IMG/VR virus record: IMGVR_UViG_3300036671_000177
Coordinates: 1 to 57,427 of that record
Length of the DNA stretch: 57,427 nucleotides
Origin: a virus
Taxonomy: Duplodnaviria > Caudoviricetes
Reading direction: 5' to 3' (one strand)
The position numbers and the translations under genes are program-made. The notes beneath the pieces were generated by a model that was not told the origin of the DNA, searched no databases, and saw only the letters and a list, made by a program, of their open reading frames with translations. This document shows, in pieces, positions 31,401-38,728 of the stretch (the stretch's first letter is position 1; the number at the start of each line of letters is the position of its first letter).

Positions 31401-34266
31401 TTATCATTCCCTGTTGCTCCATGCTTGGCATAGCCTTAGAAAAATCTCTAAAGCCAGACGCTCTGTCAAATACTCCAGAAGCGCCAGGGTCTGTTAAAAC
31501 ATTTCCAGACAAATTTGATCTTTGTAAATCTTTATCTCCTCTTAGTGTTGAGGCAACTAATTGTTTAACCATGTCAGATTTTGAAAACTTACCACTCATT
31601 GTTGCAAATCGTGGATCATATGGGGACTCAATAACAATAAACTTTCTTTGTCCTGTTGGATCTCCTGGGTCTATCATTGTTTTAATATTTTGTTTTGGAG
31701 ATACTAGCCCATGTACTTCTCTAGCAATCTGTGTAGCCCGAATTTCAGCTAACGCAGTTTTTTCATCTAGAGTTGGTTTTACTACTACAACCTGTCCATT
31801 AGGCTTTCTGTATATCCCGCCAACTCCACTTGCAGGAAAACTTCTTCCAGAAAATGATTGAAGTAGTGTTCCAAAATCTGTGGGAGCAGTAGAACCAAAT
31901 CTTCCATTCTTTACTGATTGAGATATTTTTTCTCGTATTTGTCTAGATTGTGAAGCCTCTGCTGCAGACTTTGGCATTCCAACAAATTTTGCTCCAGATT
32001 GTTTCATTGGGTGTTCTGATCTATATGTTATTCCTTTAGGAATTCTTCCAGCCATAAATCCTGGAACTTTATCTTGGAACATTGCAGAAATAAGTCCTCT
32101 ATACTTATCAGTAATCTTAGTTGGGATTACCGCTTCTCCTGGAGAAAGCATTGCTGGCTGAATATCTCCTGCTCCCTTTGGACCAGGAACTGTCAATACT
32201 CCATCTTTGTACTTTCTTACTGGTGGTAACTTTGATACAGCTCTGCTTGCTCCTTTAGCACCACCTGCAAAAAGTGCTGGATTCTGAGATGCCATAGATC
32301 TCATTTGTGTAGTAAGAGAATTATAAGATGCAGTTAATGCGTTTACAGATATTTTTTCAACATTAAATACTTCTATTAATCTTGTATGTGTCTGATGTAA
32401 CTGTTGAGAAGATGCAGCATTTTCTATCTGCTCTTGGGTCATGTAGTTAAATCCTGCACCCATAACAGATGTCTGTCCATTTAACTTAGAAATTCCGCCT
32501 CGTAACATAGCAAAGAATTTAATAACATTTGCAATACCGTTTGCAAGTAATCCAAATGTCATTAAGATTACTGGTCCTATTCCTGCAACTGTAGCAACAA
32601 TAATTGCAACAATCTTTTTTGTGCCATCACTAAGACTATTAAACTTTTCAAAAATACTACCAAAAAACTTAACTACTGGGGTCAATGCTTCAAGAAATGC
32701 TTTTCCTATAGGCATGATGTCTTGTTTGAATTTTTCTACTGCTGCTTGAAATTTTACACCAACAGATTCTTCAATTTTTTTCATTTCTCGTTCAGATAAT
32801 ATTGCTAACTCTTCAACTGATTTTCCTGCTAAGTCAAATGCTCTTGATGCCTGACTACCATCTTTTGTTACATTCTGGAACAATGTAGACAAGCGTGCAA
32901 ACTGAAACTTACCAAACATTTGTTCAATTGCTTTTGCACGGTTTAATGGATCTAGGGTATCAAGTGCTCTTGCAAACCCTACAACAGTTGCTTTGATATC
33001 TCCACTATTGTTTTCTACAATACCACTAATATTAATTCCAAGCCCTGCAAGCATTTTGGATGCTTTCTCTGAAGGGTTAATTAAAGATGCTAAACCAGAC
33101 TTTAGAGCATTTGCTCCTTCTGATGCGTTGATTCCCCCCTCTTTCATTGCTGTCAAGAAGAAGGCAAGGTCTTCTACATTACCACCAAGTTGCTTTATGA
33201 CTGGTGCTGCTTTTGGAATTGCAATAGTTAAATCTTCAATAGATAATAAAGTTTGGTTTTCTACTGCGTTAAGAAAATCAATTTTCTTTGAAAGTTCTTC
33301 GCTTGAAAGACCAAAGGCGCTCTGTAAAGAAATAGTGGTTTCTAGTGCTTGCTGTTGTTCAACTTGGCCCAGAATTGCTAACTTTGTTGCTGTTTCAACT
33401 TGAGTATTTAAGGCTGAACCTGAAAACCCTGCTGCTGCTGCGGTTGCTGCCATTTCTACAGTTTTTGTTACTGAGATACCATACTTAACATATTCGTTTG
33501 CTAATGCTCGTATGTTACTTATTGCTACTTCTGTTTCTGCATCGTTTGTAAATGCATCTCCATATACACGACGGAACTTTACGATTTCTGCTTCAAGTTC
33601 TCTAAAAGTTCTTGCTGCCATCCCACCAAATAATGCAAGTGGCATTGTTAGACCAACCATCAACTGGCGACCAGCCCACTGTGTATTTTTACCAAAGTTT
33701 AAAAGCTGTGTAGACCCCTGCTTTAATAATTGATTTAAGAACTGTTGTCTTTGAGCAGCATACTGAATTCTTGTTCCAAGTTCTGTAAACTTGCCACTAG
33801 CCATAGCAAGGCTTTTTGGCATAACTCGAATAGAATCCATAAATCCAGAGTTGGACTTATTCATTTGAATATATTGTGCTTGTAAAGCCTTTACTCTATC
33901 TCTTCTTGCACGGTTAATAATTTCTCTTTCTGCTGCAAAGGCTTTTCCAAGAACACGAGTATTAGCAGTTGCTGCTGCCATAGTGAACTTATAGTACTGA
34001 AGAAGAGATAACTTATTTTTTTCTAGTGCAGAGGTAAAGGCTAATGTACTTCCTGCAACCTTAACTTGACTTGCAGAAAATTTTCCTGTAGCCCCAATAG
34101 ACTGTAACAGTTGTGCATTTAATCCTTTTTGTGCATTTGAAGCAGCTAGATTGCCCTCAGCAAGTGATTGATGAAACTTGCTAAGGCCAGCCTGAAGCGA
34201 TCTAAGTTGTGCGAGGGCGGCAGCCGTATTAAAATTAATATTTATATTAGAATTTACATCTGCCAA
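22498..34266 (-). CDS. Tape measure protein, 3922 aa, with inserted domains
   Basis: N-terminal TP901-type TMP core (GRQLMVGLTMPL, AVENQT, GINASEGANALKS), hydrophobic Gly/Ala segments and long coiled coils. It sits directly downstream of the tail chaperones. Confidence 0.92.
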   Translation of the reverse strand: MADVNSNININFNTAAALAQLRSLQAGLSKFHQSLAEGNLAASNAQKGLNAQLLQSIGATGKFSASQVKVAGSTLAFTSALEKNKLSLLQYYKFTMAAATANTRVLGKAFAAEREIINRARRDRVKALQAQYIQMNKSNSGFMDSIRVMPKSLAMASGKFTELGTRIQYAAQRQQFLNQLLKQGSTQLLNFGKNTQWAGRQLMVGLTMPLALFGGMAARTFRELEAEIVKFRRVYGDAFTNDAETEVAISNIRALANEYVKYGISVTKTVEMAATAAAAGFSGSALNTQVETATKLAILGQVEQQQALETTISLQSAFGLSSEELSKKIDFLNAVENQTLLSIEDLTIAIPKAAPVIKQLGGNVEDLAFFLTAMKEGGINASEGANALKSGLASLINPSEKASKMLAGLGINISGIVENNSGDIKATVVGFARALDTLDPLNRAKAIEQMFGKFQFARLSTLFQNVTKDGSQASRAFDLAGKSVEELAILSEREMKKIEESVGVKFQAAVEKFKQDIMPIGKAFLEALTPVVKFFGSIFEKFNSLSDGTKKIVAIIVATVAGIGPVILMTFGLLANGIANVIKFFAMLRGGISKLNGQTSVMGAGFNYMTQEQIENAASSQQLHQTHTRLIEVFNVEKISVNALTASYNSLTTQMRSMASQNPALFAGGAKGASRAVSKLPPVRKYKDGVLTVPGPKGAGDIQPAMLSPGEAVIPTKITDKYRGLISAMFQDKVPGFMAGRIPKGITYRSEHPMKQSGAKFVGMPKSAAEASQSRQIREKISQSVKNGRFGSTAPTDFGTLLQSFSGRSFPASGVGGIYRKPNGQVVVVKPTLDEKTALAEIRATQIAREVHGLVSPKQNIKTMIDPGDPTGQRKFIVIESPYDPRFATMSGKFSKSDMVKQLVASTLRGDKDLQRSNLSGNVLTDPGASGVFDRASGFRDFSKAMPSMEQQGMINLLGVKGGARKFFAQETSGIAAKMSPQEYDAAIKAEINKAIPRLKKVIKSFDLTPEEQVIYNNMFGRLKDGAKTDWSKLQPVHARAGDGVVRAMAGIDPVASNSLIEDQLRKFSLPAGTQNNALIDDLKRNVTGEFGKSLENLDPQRRAVVQAAWSGGKALVPPSGEERSFNRPRQTSFLNEIQKMTAIMVDGETKYVHQKDLESFRADPTGRARYARTAKEVTDSMLYRMGAKERAGSYVANGGFSGRFAAPSHFETDLRSTGKQAGGGLSVLSNVVRPEAKKLLEAYNQKLGNALNSNAAREMKSLGFSDKQILKKLSPELSHIVGNTGIGGRDSQKFKTGYAQYDSNALNRYIGKGSDRFNQILNWNSKSSNALGLPQALIPEYKKAAEFMATGLHPVTPEERALVAKAAELEEKAFAHKSQGNKMPGVKLGSDVRNAKAVRAILGDSSITPSRPINLAATNPDSVLVKPGEFKLDRKTGTLTKLTTTNTSAKPAGTEASSGSLRDNRLTTERPGQSILTASQARRFAVARGIRVLPGRDKGTPGLTNPTVRQGQVAVDLRNKGYSQAEIDKILRKIAKQEIKVKETQVQGAGKAARVEAARQKEQAVIQKQQTESARKRFAEGQRRQELNRQQALNYDAAVKEGQKRGLKEQKQTQRAQTKQNRMARQEKVGKFSGGASMALGTAGMGLMMAGQQNAGMAVMGASAVAGMAPMLTNGYVAAGVAVVALTASLFILDKMAKKAAEAQSKLVDSTYSTTEKMKTIGGLTGKVGASEIMSRKRSGSVSDRYTTGFERGKQQFGSTFLQNEVGKDVMSTFTENMKSGTDVAASQMAIQLGGYISDGVMTAEQAHSVASQIGINLNNQSLTSKISGQLLELVGPGGKDLLTNPLEVRVKLIGAQTELSQQASDEFKKMMDGENSALNAQNVLGTLGTNTPGGYITQEIMKGTATGKGFNFEEAFTQTDAERMSASMAASGTQNLEFNQAQIDSLDVQYDKELKILEAKKAATTDAKKSKDIGIEIAALDKKRLEGIKTLRQGNKDILKNQIDNFNVAKLRAATEAAFFDSLNEQVKAKAEATGQGTFVDSFLNAAADLKSKELEVKIKTIVGSGQMPTNTAVSLLNTFAGKEKQFDKFLNITARTKDPGKVAELINSLEKIKGGTDILLDIAAKNPEEADRLMATIALMQKMAGKELNIEAFFEEEDAMARLKALQVELAAIENIKNPITKEAIALINTDGNSETQDMGALLALWDQWENLDDETKKTTIQEYITLLRTISEGQLDAEIKKRVAAAGGAGVVADFYGTEAGRNSAKSSLAAELTMQAVKQAQLSKNASLNNGPKDGGSKNNSLAFLDSLAMRLKQVRDNAFNAMKPVESLLAAFRDKKTQQGAFKLFDGIQNRLLKMNVGQDLRDAVDSMSAEDFSKIAALKDKKALFTFAKGKGKSKDTITGLTEFGRAVDRGYKEKALGDFNLANETTIKNIQDQTKAYNMLIGSGLTAAEALSVVSDQGQAAAIAGGAIKKSDPEWKKYVKNIKTASTELERLAVLNKAIRANEDFKMYKEMPKLVTQMKDLGYSTDQIDAVLGDPELAKFLIEDLKDGKVDAENIADYLNSIEATKIIDIQVKLNEGDLAGAAEQGRQLVDELFAAQEGLIRTGANAITIKGNEKTIADLENKIAPFQRSIELLNDELQDGQRAIEENYSRPIEKLNEEVSDLNRELETSPLFGDRLIQKIQDENSSLSNDLTIISNAAEEVNKKYDDQAEALQKVSDINKDIIEQQNQQIDLADAITSGDISSAARAVQEIRAGNAERFASGQANALQQARENALGSLVGPQSGLNQEQINEKQYENSQKIYALENNVLRLDIISKIQGKQDDIYNLEEKREDKLISIRDIEDSIYRIQEFSIEPLQERIDKLVYSNTQLQAIINKELESIEVLGKTRAAWDTINARIDYYAAAQAAAEGTAPLAGLLEAASKLDGIWKDILLKMAQYSTVKNLPGGNEEGSNESSTEKASAAATEEAADAAAAALDAANAAAESADAATTAAIAAADAIAAANAGAGVTFNPYQNKDSNYNIKAAAKAAADAAAALAPSKSRGGSSGRFAMQYESNGGIIKPNYFAAGGIIPMPRRESAPTQRMNMGGMVSYIAEGGMFSPKGTDTVPAMLTPGEYVLRKDAVKKYGVDNLNKLNAQNFADGGQVGGAPHNMGMSNFGSRVKPLPSMSASTPEAAEKGEKAMAVWYAKNGYEFVDGGWRKKVTAWNALTSRKEWLGIAHNVARSWGAEDNNSILGSKMKNFLDTLVFGSSADEATAKGTALHLGLMFAPIGTVGKALKLDKLGTRVLSKVSGALPAWAQPSLLSDKLREGVLAMSGKLAGLGRKAPSILPKIAETTPQGLINKSNKQANDIIRSIYKRKDIESDGNMFPTYTLGNQEKKFAFQGHNQDFSNLPGVEAVQTTPEGLLKAALKLDPKNKKNQLLLNSFKKNNMTEDTNKFLDNVIASISISKKGKQQTLEQADGFAMMLGHLTGNKNATSIIDYKTNKLYDIIEQKKALQTKTVLEQNSRIPGGSTGAENVTALHSTRHPVVRDKKGDIFLNPFGNYNPGSLDSVPRSTLHFTLEDVVQSHLFGTWNKENQKIVAKLSDLMDNNGLPYNLNPIDTYWTRNPGQALKISNASVISPYTDSALYAKELIKRGLIKAGQPAPLAVSDPRNKEVLQLIKNSYSPKDRTQIANMSEWGGLKADDLIGRESELLEEITLQFAKKQLGINTPSVKLGAHSLADNARQANINSLGKELNLSSEIHSNSITKMLEDASTRQKEGGLPYTNIYDSTEAMRMKARHGGLRTEPTSKRKGLSAMDTFNRLRIDRDMAFATGGLVPKYFAKGGYSVGTDTVPAMLTPGEFVMSKYAVDSYGVDNMKKMNSGELVGGSVYNYNLNLNVKSDAKPDDIARAVMVQIKSIDAQRIRGARF

Positions 34267-34281
34267 TTTTTATGTACCCCC

Positions 34282-34623
34282 TTATTTATTTAATGAATTA
34301 AGCAATGCTCCAGCATCGGCGTTTTGAAGTCCTGATGCTGCATCGATAATTTGATAGACAGTTGGAAGGTCTAGAAGATCTTCCAGTACTTCTCTGTCTT
34401 CTGCCAATTCTGGCTTGAATTGCTTTAGTGCAATTTGTGCACAATCAATAAGAATGTCCATTGACTTATCGTTATCTTCTGAAGCCTCTGACAGTAGAGC
34501 AAACTTAGACATGAATGGTCTAAGTAATGATAACTTAAGGGGTCTTACTGAAATTTCCGTACCATCCATTAGTGTAATAGTCTTGCCGCTTGTATTCTTA
34601 GTTGTTGAAGGCTTATCAGCCAT
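34282..34623 (-). CDS. Tail assembly chaperone (gpG-like, short form)
   Basis: Lies directly before the TMP and is paralogous to the N-terminal half of 34653..35357. Strong AGGAGG RBS. Confidence 0.75.
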   Translation of the reverse strand: MADKPSTTKNTSGKTITLMDGTEISVRPLKLSLLRPFMSKFALLSEASEDNDKSMDILIDCAQIALKQFKPELAEDREVLEDLLDLPTVYQIIDAASGLQNADAGALLNSLNK

Positions 34624-34651
34624 AGTCTTCCTCCTTATAGGTTAACAGTTA

Positions 34652-34660
34652 ATTATACCA
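34652..34660 (-). promoter_or_regulatory. Extended -10 promoter TGGTATAAT for the short tail chaperone and tape measure
   Basis: Overlaps the upstream stop codon and is followed by an AGGAGG RBS. Confidence 0.6.
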
Positions 34661-35357
34661 CGCTGGAGGGTGAGGATTCTTCTAATTTTTCATAACTTAA
34701 TCCCATGCCGATTCCAAAACCAGCCTTTTGTGCATTAATTCCTTGTAGTGCCACAATGTCTTTGGAGTCTGATGCCTGACCTTTGCTAAATACTCTAGCC
34801 TTCATTTCTTCCCAAGGATCTTGCTTGCCACTTGATTTGTCTAAGTCAACCCCCTGCATTGCAGCAAGAAACTTTTTTTGAGAATAATCAAGTTCTCTTT
34901 TAATTTTTAGCGTTGCCATAATCTCTGGCATTGACATAGATGATTCTAGTTCATCATAGTCCTTCCATATACCCAGCAAAAATACCTCAGACTCTATCTC
35001 TGCTAAATCTAGTTCATCCCATGATGATCCACTATCTGTAGCCTGAGTCTTTACAGGTTCTTCAGAATTATCGTTTATTTTAATTCCTGCAGAATAATCT
35101 AGCAACTTATATATTGTTGGCATATCAATATTCTCTTCAAGTTGCTCTTGAGTTTTTATTGTTGGATAGTACTGCCTCATTGTTATTGTTGCACACTTTG
35201 ACAAATAGTCTATTGCCTCTTCATCATTTTTTGCTGTTTTAACATTTTCAAACTCTTCTAAAAATAACTTTAAATATTTTATTTTTAATGGAGTGATGAA
35301 CAACTCTGTTTCATCAAACAGTTTTATTGTTGAGGTCTTATATATTTCTGTAGGCAT
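34653..35357 (-). CDS. Tail assembly chaperone (gpGT-like, in-frame fused long form)
   Basis: Lies after the major tail gene. It has a G-like N-half plus a C-half WDELDLAEIESEVFLLGIWKDYDELE...FLAAMQGVDL. Confidence 0.7.
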   Translation of the reverse strand: MPTEIYKTSTIKLFDETELFITPLKIKYLKLFLEEFENVKTAKNDEEAIDYLSKCATITMRQYYPTIKTQEQLEENIDMPTIYKLLDYSAGIKINDNSEEPVKTQATDSGSSWDELDLAEIESEVFLLGIWKDYDELESSMSMPEIMATLKIKRELDYSQKKFLAAMQGVDLDKSSGKQDPWEEMKARVFSKGQASDSKDIVALQGINAQKAGFGIGMGLSYEKLEESSPSSVV

Positions 35358-35363
35358 TGTATA

Positions 35364-35372
35364 AGTATACCA
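35364..35372 (-). promoter_or_regulatory. Extended -10 promoter TGGTATACT, probably leaderless
   Basis: Lies 6 nt upstream of the ATG at 35357, just after a terminator. Confidence 0.65.
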
Positions 35373-35374
35373 AA

Positions 35375-35403
35375 GAGAAAGGCCCAGATTATTAGTCTGG
35401 GCC
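35375..35403 (-). terminator. Intrinsic terminator after the major tail gene
   Basis: Minus-strand hairpin GGCCCAGA-CTAATAA-TCTGGGCC followed by TTTCTCTTT. Confidence 0.75.
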
Positions 35404-35423
35404 GATCTTTATATTAAGTTGTA

Positions 35424-36059
35424 TTATACTCCTGGGATTGTACGATCTACGATTTTACCGTATGATGCATTATCATTTGGAAGAAGACGGAATGATACTT
35501 CAAACATTGAAGCCTCATCACGCTTTGCAGATACTGTTACGCTTTCGATTGAAAGAGCACGGTATGCCACGTAGATACGTTCGATTGAAGATCCTGCTGC
35601 ACAGTCACCTGTACCTGGACCAACTGCAACCAAACCACGCTCAACTGGACATTCTCCGATGTCTCCTGCTGAAAGGTTAAGTGCTACTGATCCTGTACCT
35701 GCAGTATTGTATGCTGCTAGGTCTGAATCTTTTCCTGCTAGTGAGAACAATAGGTTCTCTAGTGTTGCTTCAGCAAATGTGGTATTTAGATTTACCTGCA
35801 TACCCTGCTTGTACAACTTGGCTACGTCAAGAACCTGATCAACCTGTACTTCACCGAAGTCAGGTTGGAACTGGATCTCAAGACCATTCATTGTGTATCC
35901 AACGTTTGTAAAATCAGAGTCATTGCTTAAAGATTCTCTGAAAGATGTTGCTGCCACGTACGTTGGCAGATCAGCGTCAGTTAGAACGCCGTCATTGTGT
36001 GTAAAAAGTGCTGCTGCTCCAACGATAATGTTGTTGCTAGTACCTCTTGTATATGCCAT
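35424..36059 (-). CDS. Major tail protein
   Basis: NIIVGAA, VGYTMNGLE..FQPDFGEVQVDQ, TTFAEATLENL and FEVSFRLLP. A GAGGTG RBS precedes MAYTRG. Confidence 0.88.
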   Translation of the reverse strand: MAYTRGTSNNIIVGAAALFTHNDGVLTDADLPTYVAATSFRESLSNDSDFTNVGYTMNGLEIQFQPDFGEVQVDQVLDVAKLYKQGMQVNLNTTFAEATLENLLFSLAGKDSDLAAYNTAGTGSVALNLSAGDIGECPVERGLVAVGPGTGDCAAGSSIERIYVAYRALSIESVTVSAKRDEASMFEVSFRLLPNDNASYGKIVDRTIPGV

Positions 36060-36124
36060 GTATTTCACCTCTTTTTTCTTATAGATTAAAGGGCTTGTTT
36101 CCTCACCTTAATTATACTACCCTT

Positions 36125-36697
36125 TTATATGACTATTTTATTGGCTAATCTGGCTTCTGGGATATATGTTTGTGTAAGTTCGTCGTTTTGATGATAGTCA
36201 AAATCAATTATTATTTTGTTTCCGCCATAAGTTCTGGCTGTTCCAAAGTCAATAATATCTCTGGTTTCTTCAAGTTGGTATATCCTGAAGTTATGAAAAT
36301 AAAACATGTTGTTTATTATGGACCCGTCATCCAACTCTATTTGTCTATTAGTACACCAAGCATTAATCTCTTCAGCACTTTCATCAAATCTATCCATTAG
36401 CCTAAGAACTGCCTCTTGAATTTTAACCATATTTAATACTGAGTTTTCTGCTGTGGCATAAAAATAATAAAGAAGTTGTTCAGATTTTATATGAGGAAAC
36501 CCTCTTTTATTCATTTTTATTAATCTATCCCAGGTTGCCATTACTCCACCATCTGGAAAAGAACCAGTTAAGGCATCTAGTGTAGATGGTGTAGATGGGA
36601 AAAACGGAGTATCAATATCTGTTAAAATAGAAATTTTATTTTGTAAATATTTATTTATCCATAATACTGGTGTGTTTAACATATCGTTATTTGCCAT
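36125..36697 (-). CDS. Tail terminator / tail completion protein (putative)
   Basis: Immediately upstream of the major tail gene. Confidence 0.55.
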   Translation of the reverse strand: MANNDMLNTPVLWINKYLQNKISILTDIDTPFFPSTPSTLDALTGSFPDGGVMATWDRLIKMNKRGFPHIKSEQLLYYFYATAENSVLNMVKIQEAVLRLMDRFDESAEEINAWCTNRQIELDDGSIINNMFYFHNFRIYQLEETRDIIDFGTARTYGGNKIIIDFDYHQNDELTQTYIPEARLANKIVI

Positions 36698-37371
36698 TAT
36701 AATGCCCTCCCAGCCTTAGCAACCCATAGGTATCCAGTCTTAACTCCAAGGGATCTTCCACCATTTTTTGCTAAAGTTATATTTTTTTTGTAAACTTGAG
36801 GAGAATTAAAGTATTCTAGAAGTCCACTAGATTTTAAAAATGATTGTCTAAAATAAACACCAAAAAAATTATTGATTATGTTTTCAAACTGACCCTGTGT
36901 TTGTCCACCAGGGTTTTCTACAACAACTTCTCTTGATGTGTAAACCTCTTGTCCTTCTATTTCAAACCTTAGCGCACTTGCTTTTTTAGGTTTGATTGTA
37001 ACCGCAACTCCTTCTTCCATAATTTTTGCTTTATTATAAAACGGAACATTTGATCCATTTTTAATTGAAGTAGATTGCTTTAGTGATGAAGTAAATGTTA
37101 TTCCAACATTTGTCACAGCATAGTTTAAATCAAAGAGTCTTGCTGCAGGGCTTCCAACTTTTTCCCATTCATATATATGATGTAGTAGTGCTGGGGACAT
37201 TTTTGCATTTATGTCAATAAACTGAGATGCTAACTCTGAAATTTTTGGGGCTAAAGACATATACATTGCTGTTTTTCCTTTTTGAACTCCATCTAAAAAT
37301 CCAGTTGAGTACTGCATAATGTTGTTTATTTCTCTTTGAAACTGTTTGCTATCCATGATTACTTTAATCAT
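36697..37371 (-). CDS. Neck/tail completion protein (putative)
   Basis: Head-tail block position; LHHIYEW..VG..ARLF and KAKIMEEG motifs. Confidence 0.55.
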   Translation of the reverse strand: MIKVIMDSKQFQREINNIMQYSTGFLDGVQKGKTAMYMSLAPKISELASQFIDINAKMSPALLHHIYEWEKVGSPAARLFDLNYAVTNVGITFTSSLKQSTSIKNGSNVPFYNKAKIMEEGVAVTIKPKKASALRFEIEGQEVYTSREVVVENPGGQTQGQFENIINNFFGVYFRQSFLKSSGLLEYFNSPQVYKKNITLAKNGGRSLGVKTGYLWVAKAGRAL

Positions 37372-37817
37372 TATAAATCTACCGCCTGATTTTCAGACCT
37401 TCTTATTACAAGATTGTAGTATTCTATACTTCCAAAAGGACCAACAAACGGATCTTGTGTTGCTATTTCAAATATTGTAGATTTGCTTGCACGGGGACCT
37501 GATGTTTCTATGTAAATATAATTACAGTTTGCATCACGGATATTGGTTAAGACTATATTGGTTATTGAGTTTGAAGAGTTTAAACTGGAAACTCTTATGT
37601 CTGACTTTACTCTTCCAATAAGGATAGTCTTTTGCGTAATATTTACATTTGGAACTATGTCTTCTTTTCCTGCACTACCTACAGAATTAAAGTTTCCAGC
37701 AATTGTTTTATCTAAAATCCACTGCTTTTTTAAATTTCCATAAGTACCCTGCTCAACAATAGGATAATAAATATCTGCTTGCATTGGAAAAACAAAGTCT
37801 GTTGTTTCGCATATCAT
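37371..37817 (-). CDS. Head-to-tail stopper / head closure protein (putative)
   Basis: Size, position and beta pattern (YGNLKKQW...DPFVGPFG). Confidence 0.6.
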   Translation of the reverse strand: MICETTDFVFPMQADIYYPIVEQGTYGNLKKQWILDKTIAGNFNSVGSAGKEDIVPNVNITQKTILIGRVKSDIRVSSLNSSNSITNIVLTNIRDANCNYIYIETSGPRASKSTIFEIATQDPFVGPFGSIEYYNLVIRRSENQAVDL

Positions 37818-38725
37818 TAAATTAACCCTGGTTTAAATATTGTTTTTGCATATTTATTTAAAATCTTATCAACAAGAAGATTTCCAGTCCCATCAAACAT
37901 GGCTTTGTCAAACTGAATTCTAAACTGATCTGTATTATAATTTGTTACATATCTCTTGTAGTAGTCTAATTTTCCACATTTAATGTCTTCCATTAATGTT
38001 TGTGTTGCATACTCTACATCTGAGGGAATTGTTTTATACCCTGCGTCTACAACAAATGTATAGTCAAAGCCTGCTGGGAATGCTATATTCCTATAACCAT
38101 AATATCCAAGATCTCCTCTTGCAACGGGTATTGATATTGGAGTAGATTCTGAAAGATTATAAAGATCTGGAATAACTCTTTGGATTGCAGAGTTGTCTAA
38201 AGTAATTACATAATTTTCAGTATTTACTTCTGGTGTTGCAACATCATAGACTAAAACATTGTTTTCGTAAACCTTTAAAACCTTGTTAGTATCTTGCCAT
38301 AGTGGGAAGTAGTCTGTACCTTGACCCACTGCTTGAATAATTTTTTTAGTATTATAAAACCCCTTTAAAATAATAGTATCTATAATTGCCCTTGATACAA
38401 GCTCTAGCATTTTATATTCTTTTATTTCAGATGCCGTTGTAGAAAGGTCGTTAGCATTAACATATGGTCTAATAATATCTAAACTATCTTCATATAGGAC
38501 ATGAATATGTTCTGAGTCATAGAACTTGATAGCAAAGTTTCTATCGTATGTTATTTTTTCTAATTCTAAAACATAATCTACTAAACCATTTTCATCTGAT
38601 ATTACTTCTGTTTCTAGAACTGAGTGATCCACCAGATCCTCAACATATTGAATATACGTATAGTTTGGTATAGGTAATTTCCAAGTTGTTGTAATAGGAT
38701 AAGGTGGAACTCTCATAACTTCCAT
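37817..38725 (-). CDS. Head-to-tail adaptor
   Basis: AGYKTIPSDVEYAT and GTGNLLVDKILNKY adaptor motifs. Confidence 0.7.
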   Translation of the reverse strand: MEVMRVPPYPITTTWKLPIPNYTYIQYVEDLVDHSVLETEVISDENGLVDYVLELEKITYDRNFAIKFYDSEHIHVLYEDSLDIIRPYVNANDLSTTASEIKEYKMLELVSRAIIDTIILKGFYNTKKIIQAVGQGTDYFPLWQDTNKVLKVYENNVLVYDVATPEVNTENYVITLDNSAIQRVIPDLYNLSESTPISIPVARGDLGYYGYRNIAFPAGFDYTFVVDAGYKTIPSDVEYATQTLMEDIKCGKLDYYKRYVTNYNTDQFRIQFDKAMFDGTGNLLVDKILNKYAKTIFKPGLI

Positions 38726-38728
38726 TGC

